From an uncultured Comamonadaceae bacterium (GTDB lineage Bacteria > Bacteroidota > Bacteroidia > Flavobacteriales_D > Sanyastnellaceae), in assembly GCA_964390365.1 (NCBI GenBank), contig CAYMHW010000002.1:7786-71785 (forward strand): 64,000 nt of DNA, given 5' to 3'. Positions 31,183 through 41,762 of this stretch are shown one piece after another. The first letter of the stretch is position 1. Every line of letters begins with the position of its first letter. The position numbers were made by a program, and so were the translations under genes. The notes under the pieces were generated by a model. It saw only the letters and a list, made by a program, of their open reading frames with translations, did not search any database and had not been told where the DNA came from.

Positions 31183-32784
31183 TTAAAAGTTCACGATGCT
31201 CAACCCCTTGGGGTACTCGATGCGGTAACGCACCGTAAAGCTCCTGCGCTCGCCCGGTTGCAACGTCACGTTCCACGTGAGTTTTCCATCCGTTGCGTCG
31301 TGCACCGCGCCATCCGCATCCAGCAGCTCGACCAAGACATCCGGACGGTAAGCCAAGGGAATCCGGTCCTCGATGCGCACCTCCACCGGTCGACCGTGCT
31401 GGTTCTCCACTTCGATGACCCAGGTCTGCTCGGATTTGTGCTTGCCTCCGAAAGCGGACGTGGAACACCGGTCCGCCAACCGCTCCCGGCTGCAACGCAC
31501 CTCCGGGTCCTGGCCGATGGGCACCACCAACGTGTCGCCCGGCGCCGGCAACAGCAGGTCGAACCAGCCGCGGAATGCGCCGCCCGCCTCAACTTGCACC
31601 CGACCGGGCAACAAACGGGATGTCGCCCATCGATCTGAGGATGCCAACTGGAAGGCTTCGTCCGAGGCGTACGGCAGGAGCAAGTAGCTGAGCTTGCCCG
31701 GCAGCTCGAACGACTCGATGAACACGCGCTCCCGCTCACCTGTTCCCGTCACGAACGGCGCCACCGCGGGATTGAATCGGAAGCGATCCGTCGAAAAGAT
31801 GCCCGGTGCCGCTTCGCCGAACGCTTTGTCATCGAACGCATCCATCATCCACGCGGCCTCACGTGGGGCGGCCTCCATGGACATGTAAGCGCTTGCCGTC
31901 GCGCCGCGAACCTCCGATCGGTGCTGCAACACCCAGCGTTCAAAAGGCGGTGGAGCGAGGGTGCTAAGCGGATTGCCCACAACGAATTCGACCGGAATGC
32001 CCTCCCAATCCTCGCCGGTGGTTTGGGCGACCGAGGCGAACCGGTCGAACAGGATGGCACCGTCTGGCGCGATGGCCACGTCGTACTCGGGCAGCCAATA
32101 GGCCGATTGGGTGAGGTAGCGGATGGTAAGGGCGCCGGTTGAGGCCGCGGAGGCTTGAATGCGCAGTCGGATTTGGCCTGTGGGGCGAGCCAAGCGCTGG
32201 CGCTGTTCTTGGATGTCGTGCTCGAGGCTTGCGATTTGGTCAGCCAAATCGGACACCTCCTGATCCAACTCCAACTGCTTGTACTTCAACTCCTTCACCC
32301 GGTTTCGCCAAAAATCCGCCGCGTCCCGCATGTCCTCCATCAACAGGGTCTCTTGACGGCTCAGCTGCCGGTTGGATTGAATCATCAGCAGCTCCTCCTC
32401 GTAGGTGGCGTGCAAGGCTTTGCGCATCGCAACGGTTTGGCGCAATGCGTCGATGTCCTGCTCCGCGTCCGCGCAAAACGACTCCACTTCCTCGATGACG
32501 CCAGGGCGCACGCCCGTTGCGAACTGGGTCCCGACCAACCGCCAAGACTCGGGCAGCTCCACTTGCACGGTGCGGTCATCGAGTTGGGTGGTGATCCCGT
32601 CAAGGATGAGCACGAATTCGCCCGAAACACCGGAGACCTGCCCCACGTGTTCCACCCAAGCTCCGCGACCGAATACGGTGGCTTGGGCGGCGGGCCATTC
32701 GACGTAGTGTACGGGGTGGCGCTGGCTCCAAGCGGTGTGCAAGGCGAGCAGCGCAATGAGTAGCAAGGGAATGCGAGTGAGCAT
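31183..32784 (-). CDS. DUF4139/DUF4140 (mucoidy-inhibitor MuiA-like) protein
   Basis: ATG at 32784 gives signal peptide MLTRIPLLLIALLALHTAWSQ. N-terminal beta domain, central coiled coil (LKYKQLELDQEVSDLADQIASLEHDIQEQ), C-terminal beta domain. A TAGTTTTG box lies 18 nt upstream. Confidence 0.7.
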   Translation of the reverse strand: MLTRIPLLLIALLALHTAWSQRHPVHYVEWPAAQATVFGRGAWVEHVGQVSGVSGEFVLILDGITTQLDDRTVQVELPESWRLVGTQFATGVRPGVIEEVESFCADAEQDIDALRQTVAMRKALHATYEEELLMIQSNRQLSRQETLLMEDMRDAADFWRNRVKELKYKQLELDQEVSDLADQIASLEHDIQEQRQRLARPTGQIRLRIQASAASTGALTIRYLTQSAYWLPEYDVAIAPDGAILFDRFASVAQTTGEDWEGIPVEFVVGNPLSTLAPPPFERWVLQHRSEVRGATASAYMSMEAAPREAAWMMDAFDDKAFGEAAPGIFSTDRFRFNPAVAPFVTGTGERERVFIESFELPGKLSYLLLPYASDEAFQLASSDRWATSRLLPGRVQVEAGGAFRGWFDLLLPAPGDTLVVPIGQDPEVRCSRERLADRCSTSAFGGKHKSEQTWVIEVENQHGRPVEVRIEDRIPLAYRPDVLVELLDADGAVHDATDGKLTWNVTLQPGERRSFTVRYRIEYPKGLSIVNF

Positions 32785-32802
32785 GGCAATGAGGTGTGAG
32801 CC

Positions 32803-32810
32803 CAAAACTA
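32803..32810 (-). promoter_or_regulatory. Candidate -7 box TAGTTTTG 18 nt upstream of the DUF4139 gene
   Basis: Perfect TAnnTTTG on the reverse strand. Supports the 32784 start. Confidence 0.45.
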
Positions 32811-32886
32811 ACGCCGATCCCAACGACAGCGTACCCGCCCTTTCAAATTCAATCCGAAATGCCTGCTCAATTCGCTGCGCAGCCCC

Positions 32887-32894
32887 TAATTTTG
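32887..32894 (+). promoter_or_regulatory. Candidate -7 box TAATTTTG 17 nt upstream of nusB
   Basis: Perfect TAnnTTTG. Supports the 32912 start. Confidence 0.45.
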
Positions 32895-32911
32895 TCCCAC
32901 GAATCATTGAC

Positions 32912-33856
32912 ATGCTGAACCGCCGACAACTTCGCATCAAGCTCCTCCACGTCCTCTACGCCTTCTACCAGGACGAAAATCCGGACCCGGTGCGCGCCCA
33001 CAAAGCCCTCGAGCACTCGGTGCATAAAATGCAGGAGCTTTACGTGCTCCTCCTTTTGCTCATCGGCAGCATGCAAGGAATGGCCATCGACCGGATCGAG
33101 GCAGGGCGGAAAAAGCGCTTGCCGTCGCCGGAGGACCTCAATCCCAACACGAAATTCGTCACCAACCGCCCGTTGCGCATCATTGCCAACAGCCGGAACC
33201 TGCAAAAAGCATCCGAGGAGTTGGGCGTGGGTTGGGGCGACCAACAGGAGATGCTTCGAAAAGTGTTCCGGGGACTCCTCGAGCACGAGGAATACGTGGA
33301 GTACATGGCCTCCGAAGAGCGTGGATTCCGCCACGACCGCGAGTACCTCACGCGCATGTTCCGGAAGCACATGATTCAGAACGAGCCGTTTGAGGACGTG
33401 TTGGAAGAGAAGAGCATTTTCTGGAACGACGATTTGGACTTGTGCGCTTCGATGGTCATCAAGACCGTCAAGACGATTCGCGAGGAGGACGATGACGTGC
33501 AGCTGTTGCCGCTTTGGCGCGAAGACGATGACGATCGCCAGTTCATGGAGACGCTGTTCCAAAACACCCTCGGGCAGGCAAAAGAGAACGAAGAGCTCAT
33601 CACGTCGGCGGCGGCGAACTGGGATTTGGACCGCATCGCCCTCATCGACCGCATTTTGATGAAAATGGCGATTGCGGAAGCGCGCAGCTTCGAGTCCATC
33701 CCGCTCAAGGTCACGTTGAACGAGTACATCGAGTTGTCGAAGTACTACAGCACGCCGAAGAGTTCGGGGTTCATCAACGGCATCCTCGACCAGCTGTTCA
33801 ACGAGATGAAGGCGGACAAGCGCATTGTGAAAGTGGGACGCGGATTGCTCGACTGA
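32912..33856 (+). CDS. nusB: Transcription antitermination factor NusB (long Bacteroidota form)
   Basis: ATG at 32912 gives MLNRRQLRIKLLHVLYAFY. C-terminal NusB core DRIALIDRILMKMAIAE...INGILD. Confidence 0.85.
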   Translation: MLNRRQLRIKLLHVLYAFYQDENPDPVRAHKALEHSVHKMQELYVLLLLLIGSMQGMAIDRIEAGRKKRLPSPEDLNPNTKFVTNRPLRIIANSRNLQKASEELGVGWGDQQEMLRKVFRGLLEHEEYVEYMASEERGFRHDREYLTRMFRKHMIQNEPFEDVLEEKSIFWNDDLDLCASMVIKTVKTIREEDDDVQLLPLWREDDDDRQFMETLFQNTLGQAKENEELITSAAANWDLDRIALIDRILMKMAIAEARSFESIPLKVTLNEYIELSKYYSTPKSSGFINGILDQLFNEMKADKRIVKVGRGLLD

Positions 33857-34341
33857 TGAAACAGGGAACGGTTTTCTTCGTTTTCGCTTGGGCGTTGTTG
33901 GCGTGCAACGAGCCCGAAGTCGACACGAGCCTCATCCAAATCCCTGCTTCGGGGACTCAAGAAGCGGGGACCCTTGCAGAGGTGGCGGTCTTCTCCCCGG
34001 AAGAAGCGGTGTTTCAATACGACACCGTCGTAGAAGGCGCCGTGGTGGTGCACACCTTCGCGTTCACGAACACCGGGGCTGCGCCGCTGGCGATAGCCGA
34101 TGTGAGCTCGGGCTGCGGGTGCACCGTGCCGCAGAGTTGGCCGCGGGACCTCATTGCCCCTGGAGCGGGCGGCACCATCGACGTGACGTTCAACACCCGG
34201 GGTTGGAGCGGCCGAGTGGACAAGCGGGTGAGCGTGGTGACGAACGGCGAGCCCTCGGTGGTGCATTTGGTGCTGGACGGCTACATCCTCGCTCCGGACG
34301 GAACTTCGGAGAGCCCGGCGATGCCCATCCGCCGCCATTGA
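33856..34341 (+). CDS. DUF1573 domain lipoprotein (second copy in the window)
   Basis: Lipobox LLAC. FAFTNTGAAPLAIADVSSGCGCTVPQ. Start overlaps the nusB stop by 1 nt. Confidence 0.8.
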   Translation: MKQGTVFFVFAWALLACNEPEVDTSLIQIPASGTQEAGTLAEVAVFSPEEAVFQYDTVVEGAVVVHTFAFTNTGAAPLAIADVSSGCGCTVPQSWPRDLIAPGAGGTIDVTFNTRGWSGRVDKRVSVVTNGEPSVVHLVLDGYILAPDGTSESPAMPIRRH

Positions 34342-34356
34342 ACTAACTTCACCGCC

Positions 34357-34677
34357 ATGATTCAACTGACTGTTTTGGCCCAAGCGGCCCCACAAGAAGG
34401 TTACAGCTTCTTCATCGTCATCGGCGCGATGTTCCTTGTCATGTGGTTCTTCATGATCCGGCCCCAAATGAAGCGCCAACGCGAAGCGAAGCAATTCCGC
34501 GACAACTTGCAAGTGGGCGACCGCGTGGTCACCATCGGAGGCCTGCACGGGCGCATCAAGGAGTTGAAAGAAACGAACGTCTTGCTCGAAGTCGAGAGCG
34601 GTAAAATCCGCGTGGAGCGTTCGGCCTTGAACCCCACGGGACAAGCTTCAGAACAGGACCTCCAAGCGAACGCATGA
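34357..34677 (+). CDS. yajC: Preprotein translocase subunit YajC
   Basis: 106 aa. Single TM then MIRPQMKRQRE...GDRVVTIGGLHGRI. Confidence 0.9.
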   Translation: MIQLTVLAQAAPQEGYSFFIVIGAMFLVMWFFMIRPQMKRQREAKQFRDNLQVGDRVVTIGGLHGRIKELKETNVLLEVESGKIRVERSALNPTGQASEQDLQANA

Positions 34678-36146
34678 TGGACGGCGCGTCACGGCGCATG
34701 CCCATCGGCTGGGCGCTCGTCCCAGTCGTGGTGCTCATCGGCTTGCTGGCGGCAGACGTCGCGCTCTTCGGGGAGGACAGTTCGTACGGTTCGAACCAAA
34801 TCGCGATGCTCATTGCAGCCTTTGCGGCAGGCAGCATCGGACTCGCCTATGGCACGACTTGGAAGGCCATTTCGGACCGCATCGGCTCGACCATCGCTTC
34901 CACGAGCGAAGCCCTCCTCATCCTGCTCCTCATCGGCGCGCTCTCGGGCACGTGGCTCATTGCCGGCATCATCCCCGCCTTCATCCATTACGGGTTGCAG
35001 ATCCTCGAACCCGGCATCTTCCTCTTCGCCGCGTGCGTCATTTGCGCAGTGCTTTCGTTGGCCACGGGCTCGTCCTGGGGAACCGTAGGAACCGTAGGCA
35101 TCGCGCTCATGGGCATCGGCCAGGCCCTCGGGTTGCACGACGGATGGGTGGCTGGCGCCATCATTTCGGGGGCCTATTTCGGGGATAAAATGTCGCCACT
35201 CAGCGACACCACGAACATTGCACCCGCGGTAGCCGGGAGCGATTTGTTCACCCACATTCGGTACATGCTGTACACCACCGTGCCCAGCATTGCCCTGGCA
35301 CTCCTTGTGTTCCTCGTGGCCGGTTTGGGCGGCGGGGCGCAAGGAACAGAAGTCGAGTTGGGCGCGGGATTCGGGGCAGCGGTGAAGGATGCGTTCAACA
35401 TTCACCCCGGCTTGTTCATCGCCCCCGTGGCGGTCATCGTGCTCATCGCGCGAAAGGTTGCTGCAGCGCCAGCGCTCTTCATCGGCGTGTTGCTCGGGGC
35501 GCTGACGGCGGTGGTGTTCCAACCGGATTTGGTGCGTTCGCTCGGTGAAGCGGGCGGCGCCACCACGCGCTGGGGTGCGGCCTACCGGACAATTTTTCAG
35601 GCGATGTCCGTGGACGTGGCCGTGGTGACGGGAGACCCCCTCGCCGATGAATTGCTGAACAGTGGGGGCATGGCGGGGATGTTGAACACGGTCTGGCTCA
35701 TCCTGTGCGCGATGGTGTTCGGCGCCACGATGGAGGCGACGGGCATGTTGCGGCGCATCACGGAATCGCTGCTGCGTGGCGTGAGTTCGACGTTCGGTTT
35801 GATTTCGCGGACGGCGGGCACGTGTTTGGCCTTCAACGTGTTGGCCTCAGACCAATACCTGGCCATCGTGGTGCCCGGCAACATGTACAAGGCCGCCTAC
35901 GAAGAACAGGGCCTCGCGCCGGAGAATTTGTCGCGCACGCTGGAAGACACGGGGACGGTGACGAGCGTGCTCATTCCGTGGAACACCTGCGGCGTGGCGC
36001 AAAGCGGCATCCTCGGCATCTCGACCTTCGCCTACCTCCCCTATTGCGTGTTCAATTGGATCAGCCCGTTGACGACGCTGACGGTGGCGGCGCTGGGTTG
36101 GAACATTCGGCGCTTGCCAGCGGTTAAGGACGGAGAAGCGAACTGA
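34674..36146 (+). CDS. nhaC: Na+/H+ antiporter, NhaC family
   Basis: 490 aa polytopic membrane protein with NhaC-like blocks (SGTWLIAGIIP, SPLSDTTN, IPWNTCG). ATGA overlap with yajC. Confidence 0.8.
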   Translation: MMDGASRRMPIGWALVPVVVLIGLLAADVALFGEDSSYGSNQIAMLIAAFAAGSIGLAYGTTWKAISDRIGSTIASTSEALLILLLIGALSGTWLIAGIIPAFIHYGLQILEPGIFLFAACVICAVLSLATGSSWGTVGTVGIALMGIGQALGLHDGWVAGAIISGAYFGDKMSPLSDTTNIAPAVAGSDLFTHIRYMLYTTVPSIALALLVFLVAGLGGGAQGTEVELGAGFGAAVKDAFNIHPGLFIAPVAVIVLIARKVAAAPALFIGVLLGALTAVVFQPDLVRSLGEAGGATTRWGAAYRTIFQAMSVDVAVVTGDPLADELLNSGGMAGMLNTVWLILCAMVFGATMEATGMLRRITESLLRGVSSTFGLISRTAGTCLAFNVLASDQYLAIVVPGNMYKAAYEEQGLAPENLSRTLEDTGTVTSVLIPWNTCGVAQSGILGISTFAYLPYCVFNWISPLTTLTVAALGWNIRRLPAVKDGEAN

Positions 36147-36148
36147 AC

Positions 36149-39016
36149 ATGACGGCCTCCTCCCCCGCGAACGACCCGATGATCCGCGTCACGGGCGCTC
36201 GGGAACACAATTTGAAGGACCTCAACGTCCACATTCCCCGCAACCAATTGGTGGTCATCACCGGCGTCAGTGGAAGCGGGAAGTCGTCGCTGGCCTTCGA
36301 TACGTTGTATGCGGAGGGGCAGCGGCGGTACTTGGAGACGTTTTCGGCGTATGCGCGCCAGTTCATCGGCGGGTTGGAGCGGCCGGATGTGGAGGGCATC
36401 ACCGGCCTGAGTCCCGTCATCAGCATCGAACAGAAGACCATATCGCGGAACCCGCGCTCCACCGTGGGCACCATCACCGAGGTGCACGATTTCTTGCGGC
36501 TGGCGTATGCGCGGGCGGCCGATGCGTTTTCGTTGGAGACCGGCGAGCCCATGGTGCGGTTCACGGATGAGCAGATTTTGGCCAAGCTCCTCGAGCTGCA
36601 TCAAGGCCAAAAAATCCTGCTCCTCGCCCCCCTCGTGCGCGGCCGCAAAGGCCACTACCGCGAGCTGTTCGACCAAATCATGCGCCAGGGTTTCCTGCGC
36701 GCCCGGGTCGATGGCGAGCTCGTGGAACTCGAACCGGGTTACCGCGTGGACCGCTACAAAATCCACGACATCGAAGTGGTGGTGGATCGGCTGGCGGTGC
36801 GGCTCGACGACGAGCAGCGCATCCTGCGAAGCATTCGGACGGCCCTCGGCATGGGCAAGGGCTCGATGGGTGTGATGGAGCACGGGGGCACCGAATTGCG
36901 CCACTTCAGCCGCAACTTGATGTGCCCAACCACGGGACTTGCCTATCCCGATCCGGAACCGAATTTGTTCTCGTTCAATTCGCCGTATGGCGCCTGCCCA
37001 ACGTGCAACGGCTTGGGCACCATCACCGAAGCGGGGCGGGACCTCATCATCCCCGACGACACCAAAAGCATTCGGCAAGGCGGGATCGCGCCGCTCGGGG
37101 AACTCAAATCGAACCGCACGCTGTACATCCTTGAGGCCCTGCTTGAAGAAGCCGGGCACAGCTTGCGCACGCCGATCTGCGACCTCGGGGACGAACTCGT
37201 GGGACGCATGCTGTACGGCACGGATTCGCCGGTGAAGCTCGCCGATCGAGCGGGCGTCCGGGGCGAGCACGTTGCCTTCGACGGCATCGTCGCCACCATC
37301 GAACGCGCCGCAGGTCACACGTCATCGCGGCCGCTCAAGCGTTGGGCCGCCCAGTTCTTGCACAAGCAGACCTGCCCCACCTGCGAAGGCACGCGCCTCA
37401 AGGACATCAGCCGGCAGTTCCGCCTCAACGGCAAGCACATCGGGGAACTCGCGGCCATGTCGCTCAGCGACCTTCAAGCGTGGTTCGAGGGCATCGAGGA
37501 CGGGTTGAGTGAGCGCGCCCAAACCATCCTGCGCGAACCGTTGAAGGAAATCCGGGCGCGCCTCGGGTTCCTGAACGACGTCGGTTTGGGGTACTTGTCG
37601 CTGGACCGGAGCGCGCGCAGTTTGTCGGGCGGGGAAGCGCAGCGCATTCGCTTGGCGACCCAAATCGGCAGCAAACTCACCGAGGTGCTGTACATCCTGG
37701 ACGAACCCAGCATCGGCCTGCACCAGCGGGACAACCGCCGGCTCATCCGCAGCCTGCAGGCCCTCCGCGACGCCGGCAACACCGTCATTGTCGTCGAGCA
37801 CGACGAGGAGATGATGCTCAGCGCGGATCACCTCATCGACATCGGCCCCGGGGCGGGCGTTCACGGGGGACAAATCGTGGCAGAGGGCGACCCGAAGGTG
37901 CACTTGGCAGCGGGGTCGTTGACGGCGGATTATTTGGTGGGCAAGGAACGGATTGTTTGGCCAGAAAAACGGCGCAAAGGCAATGGGCACTCCTTGAAAC
38001 TCAACGGGGCAACGGGCAACAACCTGAAAAACGTCAGCGTGACCATCCCCCTCGGTACGCTCACCTGCATCAGCGGCGTCTCGGGAAGCGGCAAAAGCTC
38101 ACTCATCAACCAAACCCTCTACCCCGCCCTGCACAACCACTATTACGAAGCCACGCAGCAACCGCTGCCGTTCAAATCGCTCAATGGCCTCGAGCACATC
38201 GACAAGGTCATCGCCATCGACCAAACTCCCATCGGGCGCACGCCGCGTTCGAACCCCGCCACGTACACCGGCATCTTCAGCGAAATCCGGAACCTGTTCA
38301 CGAAGCTGCCCGAAGCCGCAATCCGCGGGTACAAGCCCGGGCGCTTCAGCTTCAACGTGAGCGGTGGGCGGTGCGAGGACTGCAAGGGCGCGGGATTGCG
38401 GACCGTCGAAATGAATTTCTTGCCGGATGTGCTCGTGGAATGCGAAACCTGCCACGGACGCCGGTACAACCGGGAGACGCTCGAGGTGCGCTACCGCGGC
38501 AAGTCCATCGCGGACGTGCTGTCGATGACGGTGGATGAGGCGGTGGAGTTCTTTGCGGCGTTCCCGAAGATTTCGCGCATCACGAAGACGCTCCAGGACG
38601 TGGGGCTTGGATACATCACGTTGGGCCAGCAGAGCCCGACCCTCAGTGGTGGGGAGGCGCAGCGCGTGAAGCTGGCCACGGAATTGGCCCGGGTCAGCAC
38701 GGGATCCACGTTTTATGTGCTCGACGAACCGACGACGGGGTTGCATTTTCAGGACATCCGCATGCTCATCGACGTGTTGCAGCGTTTGGTGGAACAGGGC
38801 AATACGGTGGTGGTCATCGAACACAACTTGGACGTGCTGAAGGTGGCGGATCACCTCATCGACGTGGGGCCGGAGGGCGGTGCGGCCGGCGGCACCATCG
38901 TGGCTAAAGGAACGCCCGAACACGTAGCGCGCTCAAAAGAAAGCCGAACTGCGCCGTATATTGCTCGGGCCTTGTCCGGCAAATCGCCGGTGGAGTTGGC
39001 GGAAGATTTGGCATGA
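36149..39016 (+). CDS. uvrA: Excinuclease ABC subunit A
   Basis: 955 aa. Two ABC modules (GVSGSGKSSLAFD and GVSGSGKSSLINQ), Zn modules (CPTCNG, CEDCKG...CETCHG), LSGGEAQR twice. Confidence 0.96.
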   Translation: MTASSPANDPMIRVTGAREHNLKDLNVHIPRNQLVVITGVSGSGKSSLAFDTLYAEGQRRYLETFSAYARQFIGGLERPDVEGITGLSPVISIEQKTISRNPRSTVGTITEVHDFLRLAYARAADAFSLETGEPMVRFTDEQILAKLLELHQGQKILLLAPLVRGRKGHYRELFDQIMRQGFLRARVDGELVELEPGYRVDRYKIHDIEVVVDRLAVRLDDEQRILRSIRTALGMGKGSMGVMEHGGTELRHFSRNLMCPTTGLAYPDPEPNLFSFNSPYGACPTCNGLGTITEAGRDLIIPDDTKSIRQGGIAPLGELKSNRTLYILEALLEEAGHSLRTPICDLGDELVGRMLYGTDSPVKLADRAGVRGEHVAFDGIVATIERAAGHTSSRPLKRWAAQFLHKQTCPTCEGTRLKDISRQFRLNGKHIGELAAMSLSDLQAWFEGIEDGLSERAQTILREPLKEIRARLGFLNDVGLGYLSLDRSARSLSGGEAQRIRLATQIGSKLTEVLYILDEPSIGLHQRDNRRLIRSLQALRDAGNTVIVVEHDEEMMLSADHLIDIGPGAGVHGGQIVAEGDPKVHLAAGSLTADYLVGKERIVWPEKRRKGNGHSLKLNGATGNNLKNVSVTIPLGTLTCISGVSGSGKSSLINQTLYPALHNHYYEATQQPLPFKSLNGLEHIDKVIAIDQTPIGRTPRSNPATYTGIFSEIRNLFTKLPEAAIRGYKPGRFSFNVSGGRCEDCKGAGLRTVEMNFLPDVLVECETCHGRRYNRETLEVRYRGKSIADVLSMTVDEAVEFFAAFPKISRITKTLQDVGLGYITLGQQSPTLSGGEAQRVKLATELARVSTGSTFYVLDEPTTGLHFQDIRMLIDVLQRLVEQGNTVVVIEHNLDVLKVADHLIDVGPEGGAAGGTIVAKGTPEHVARSKESRTAPYIARALSGKSPVELAEDLA

Positions 39017-39052
39017 AGCCCTTCCCAGGCAGCGAGGCGAAAACGCAACATC

Positions 39053-39742
39053 ATGGCAAAACCATTCAAACAACGCGACTGGAACGAGAGCAAGACGAAC
39101 GACGCTTGGTCCATCTTTAAAATCATGGGGGAATTCGTGGAAGGGTTTGAGACCCTGCAGCGGATCGGGCCGTGCATCTCCATCTACGGAAGCGCGCGGA
39201 TGAAGGAGGATTCACCGGTGTACAACGCGTCGCGTGCGGTGGGACGGGCGCTTGCCGAGCGTGGCTACGGCGTCATCACGGGGGGCGGCCCCGGCGTCAT
39301 GGAAGCGGGCAACCGCGGCGCGCATGACATGGGCGGCACGTCCGTCGGCTTGAACATTGAACTCCCGTTCGAACAACACAACAACCCGTACATCGACCGC
39401 GACAAGAGCATCGATTTCGACTACTTCTTCGTCCGCAAGGTCATGTTCGTGAAGTACAGCCAGGGCTTCGTGGTGATGCCCGGTGGCTTCGGCACCCTCG
39501 ATGAGTTGTTCGAGGCCTTGACGCTTGTGCAGACGAAGAAGGTGGACCCGGTGCCCATCATGTTGTACGATTCGTCGTTTTGGGCAGGCCTCATGGACTG
39601 GATTCGCAAGACGTTGTGGGAGGATTACCGCACGATTTCGGAGCACGATCCGGAGTTGTTGCACTTGGTGGATTCGCCCGAGGAGGTGGTGAAAGTCCTC
39701 GACGACTACTATGCCAAATCCCTCCTCCGCCCGAATTTCTGA
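39053..39742 (+). CDS. LOG family / TIGR00730 Rossmann-fold nucleotide-binding protein
   Basis: 229 aa. GGGPGVMEA and PGGFGTLDELFE motifs. Confidence 0.88.
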   Translation: MAKPFKQRDWNESKTNDAWSIFKIMGEFVEGFETLQRIGPCISIYGSARMKEDSPVYNASRAVGRALAERGYGVITGGGPGVMEAGNRGAHDMGGTSVGLNIELPFEQHNNPYIDRDKSIDFDYFFVRKVMFVKYSQGFVVMPGGFGTLDELFEALTLVQTKKVDPVPIMLYDSSFWAGLMDWIRKTLWEDYRTISEHDPELLHLVDSPEEVVKVLDDYYAKSLLRPNF

Positions 39743-39863
39743 CGTGGCCTTTCCGTCAGTTTGACCCGTCCTTCCCGCTGGCCTGACATCCTGTCGCATC
39801 CGTGTCAGGATTTGAGGCGTGGCGCGGTCCTTGCCTCGTCGCGGTCGTTCAATCGAAACCACG

Positions 39864-41762
39864 ATGCAAAAAGGAACCATCAACGTACAGACGGAAAACA
39901 TCTTTCCGATCATCAAGAAGTTTCTCTACAGCGATCACGAGATCTTCTTGAGGGAACTTGTCTCCAACGCAGTCGACGCCACGCAAAAGCGTCGGACGCT
40001 GGCCAAACTCGGTGAAATCCCTGCCATCGAAGGCCATCCGCAAGTTGAAGTCGTCATCGACGAAGCAGCAAAGACCTTGACCATCAAGGACCGCGGAATC
40101 GGCATGACGGGCGAGGAAATCGAGAAGTACATCAACCAAATCGCGTTCTCGGGCGCGACCGAATTCCTCGACAAATACCAAGGCGAAGAGGCGAAGACCG
40201 CCATCATCGGCCACTTCGGCCTCGGTTTCTATTCGGCGTTCATGGTGTCTGAGCGGGTGGACATCATCAGCTTGAGCCAGCGGGAAGGCAGCGAAGCGGT
40301 CAAGTGGAGCTGCGACGGTTCGCCGGAGTTCACGTTGGAGCCCGCGTCGCGCGAGGAGGCCGGAACCGACATCGTCTTGCACATCCACGAGGACTCGAAG
40401 GAATTCCTCGAGGAGGATCGGATTGCTGGCATTCTGAACAAATACTGCAAGTTCATGCCGGAGGAAATCGTGTTTGGCACGAAGACCATCCAGCAGGACG
40501 ATCCCAGCGGCGAAAAGGACGAGGACGACAACGTGAAGCAAGTGGACGTGGAAGTGCCTCACGTCATCAACAAGACCACGCCACTTTGGTCGCGCACGCC
40601 AGCGGACCTGACGGACGAGGATTACGCGGAATTCTACCGCGACCTCTACCCGATGAACTTCGAGGACCCGCTGTTCCACATCCACCTCAACGTGGACTAC
40701 CCCTTCAACCTGACGGGCATCCTGTACTTCCCGCAGCTGAAGAAGGAAATGGAGTTGCGCCGGGACAAAATCCATTTGTACTCGAACCAGGTCTTCATCA
40801 CCGACAACGTCGAGAACATCGTCCCGGACTTCTTGACCTTGCTGCACGGGGTCATCGACTCGCCGGACATCCCGCTCAACGTCTCCCGCTCCTACCTCCA
40901 AGAGGATGCGAACGTGAAAAAGATTTCGAGCCACATTTCGAAAAAAGTAGCCGACAAGTTGGCGAGCATGTTCAAGCAGGACCGCGAAGCGTTCGCCACG
41001 CAATGGGACGATTTGCGCATCTTCATCGAATACGGCCAACTCACGGACGACAAGTTCATGGAGCGCTCGAAGAAGTTCCTCCTCTTCAAGGACACCACCG
41101 GCGCGTGCCACACGTATGAAGAGCTCATCGCGGCCGTAGGCGAAGTGCAAAAGAATAAAAACGGCAAGATCATTCTCCCTTACACCTCTGACGCCAAAGC
41201 CCAGCACGGCTTCGTGCAACCCGCCATTGAGCGCGGCTACAAGGTGCTCGTGATGGAAGGTCCCTTGGCGGCTCACGTGTTGCAAAAGCTCGAGCAGGAG
41301 TTCTCCGACATCCAATTCAAGCGCGTGGACTCCGATGTGGTCGACGCGTTGATCGAGCAGGATGAAACTTCGACCAGCGCCCTGAACGAAGAGCAGGAAA
41401 ACGCGTTGAAGCCCATCATTGAGGGCGCGTTTCCGAACGACCAGTACAAGGTCAAGTTCGTGCCGATGTCGCCCACAGCTGCTCCCATCACCATCACCCG
41501 AAGCGAGTTCATGCGCCGGATGAAGGAGCAGCAAGCCGTCGGTGGCGGTGGCTTCCAAATGTTCGGTTCGCTGCCCGACAGCTACGACGTCGCCATCAAC
41601 GCGAACCACCCGCTCGCTCAAAAACTGCTCCATGCGAGCGAGGAAAGCGAGAAGTCGCGGATTGCCAAGCGGGCAGTTGACCTCGCGCGCTTGTCGCAAG
41701 GCCTCCTCGACGGAGAGGAGCTGACCGCCTTCATCGCTTCCGGCTACGAAGAGCTGGCATGA
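39864..41762 (+). CDS. htpG: Molecular chaperone HtpG (Hsp90)
   Basis: ATG at 39864 gives [39 protein letters not shown] (GHKL N-box). 632 aa. Confidence 0.93.
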   Translation: MQKGTINVQTENIFPIIKKFLYSDHEIFLRELVSNAVDATQKRRTLAKLGEIPAIEGHPQVEVVIDEAAKTLTIKDRGIGMTGEEIEKYINQIAFSGATEFLDKYQGEEAKTAIIGHFGLGFYSAFMVSERVDIISLSQREGSEAVKWSCDGSPEFTLEPASREEAGTDIVLHIHEDSKEFLEEDRIAGILNKYCKFMPEEIVFGTKTIQQDDPSGEKDEDDNVKQVDVEVPHVINKTTPLWSRTPADLTDEDYAEFYRDLYPMNFEDPLFHIHLNVDYPFNLTGILYFPQLKKEMELRRDKIHLYSNQVFITDNVENIVPDFLTLLHGVIDSPDIPLNVSRSYLQEDANVKKISSHISKKVADKLASMFKQDREAFATQWDDLRIFIEYGQLTDDKFMERSKKFLLFKDTTGACHTYEELIAAVGEVQKNKNGKIILPYTSDAKAQHGFVQPAIERGYKVLVMEGPLAAHVLQKLEQEFSDIQFKRVDSDVVDALIEQDETSTSALNEEQENALKPIIEGAFPNDQYKVKFVPMSPTAAPITITRSEFMRRMKEQQAVGGGGFQMFGSLPDSYDVAINANHPLAQKLLHASEESEKSRIAKRAVDLARLSQGLLDGEELTAFIASGYEELA

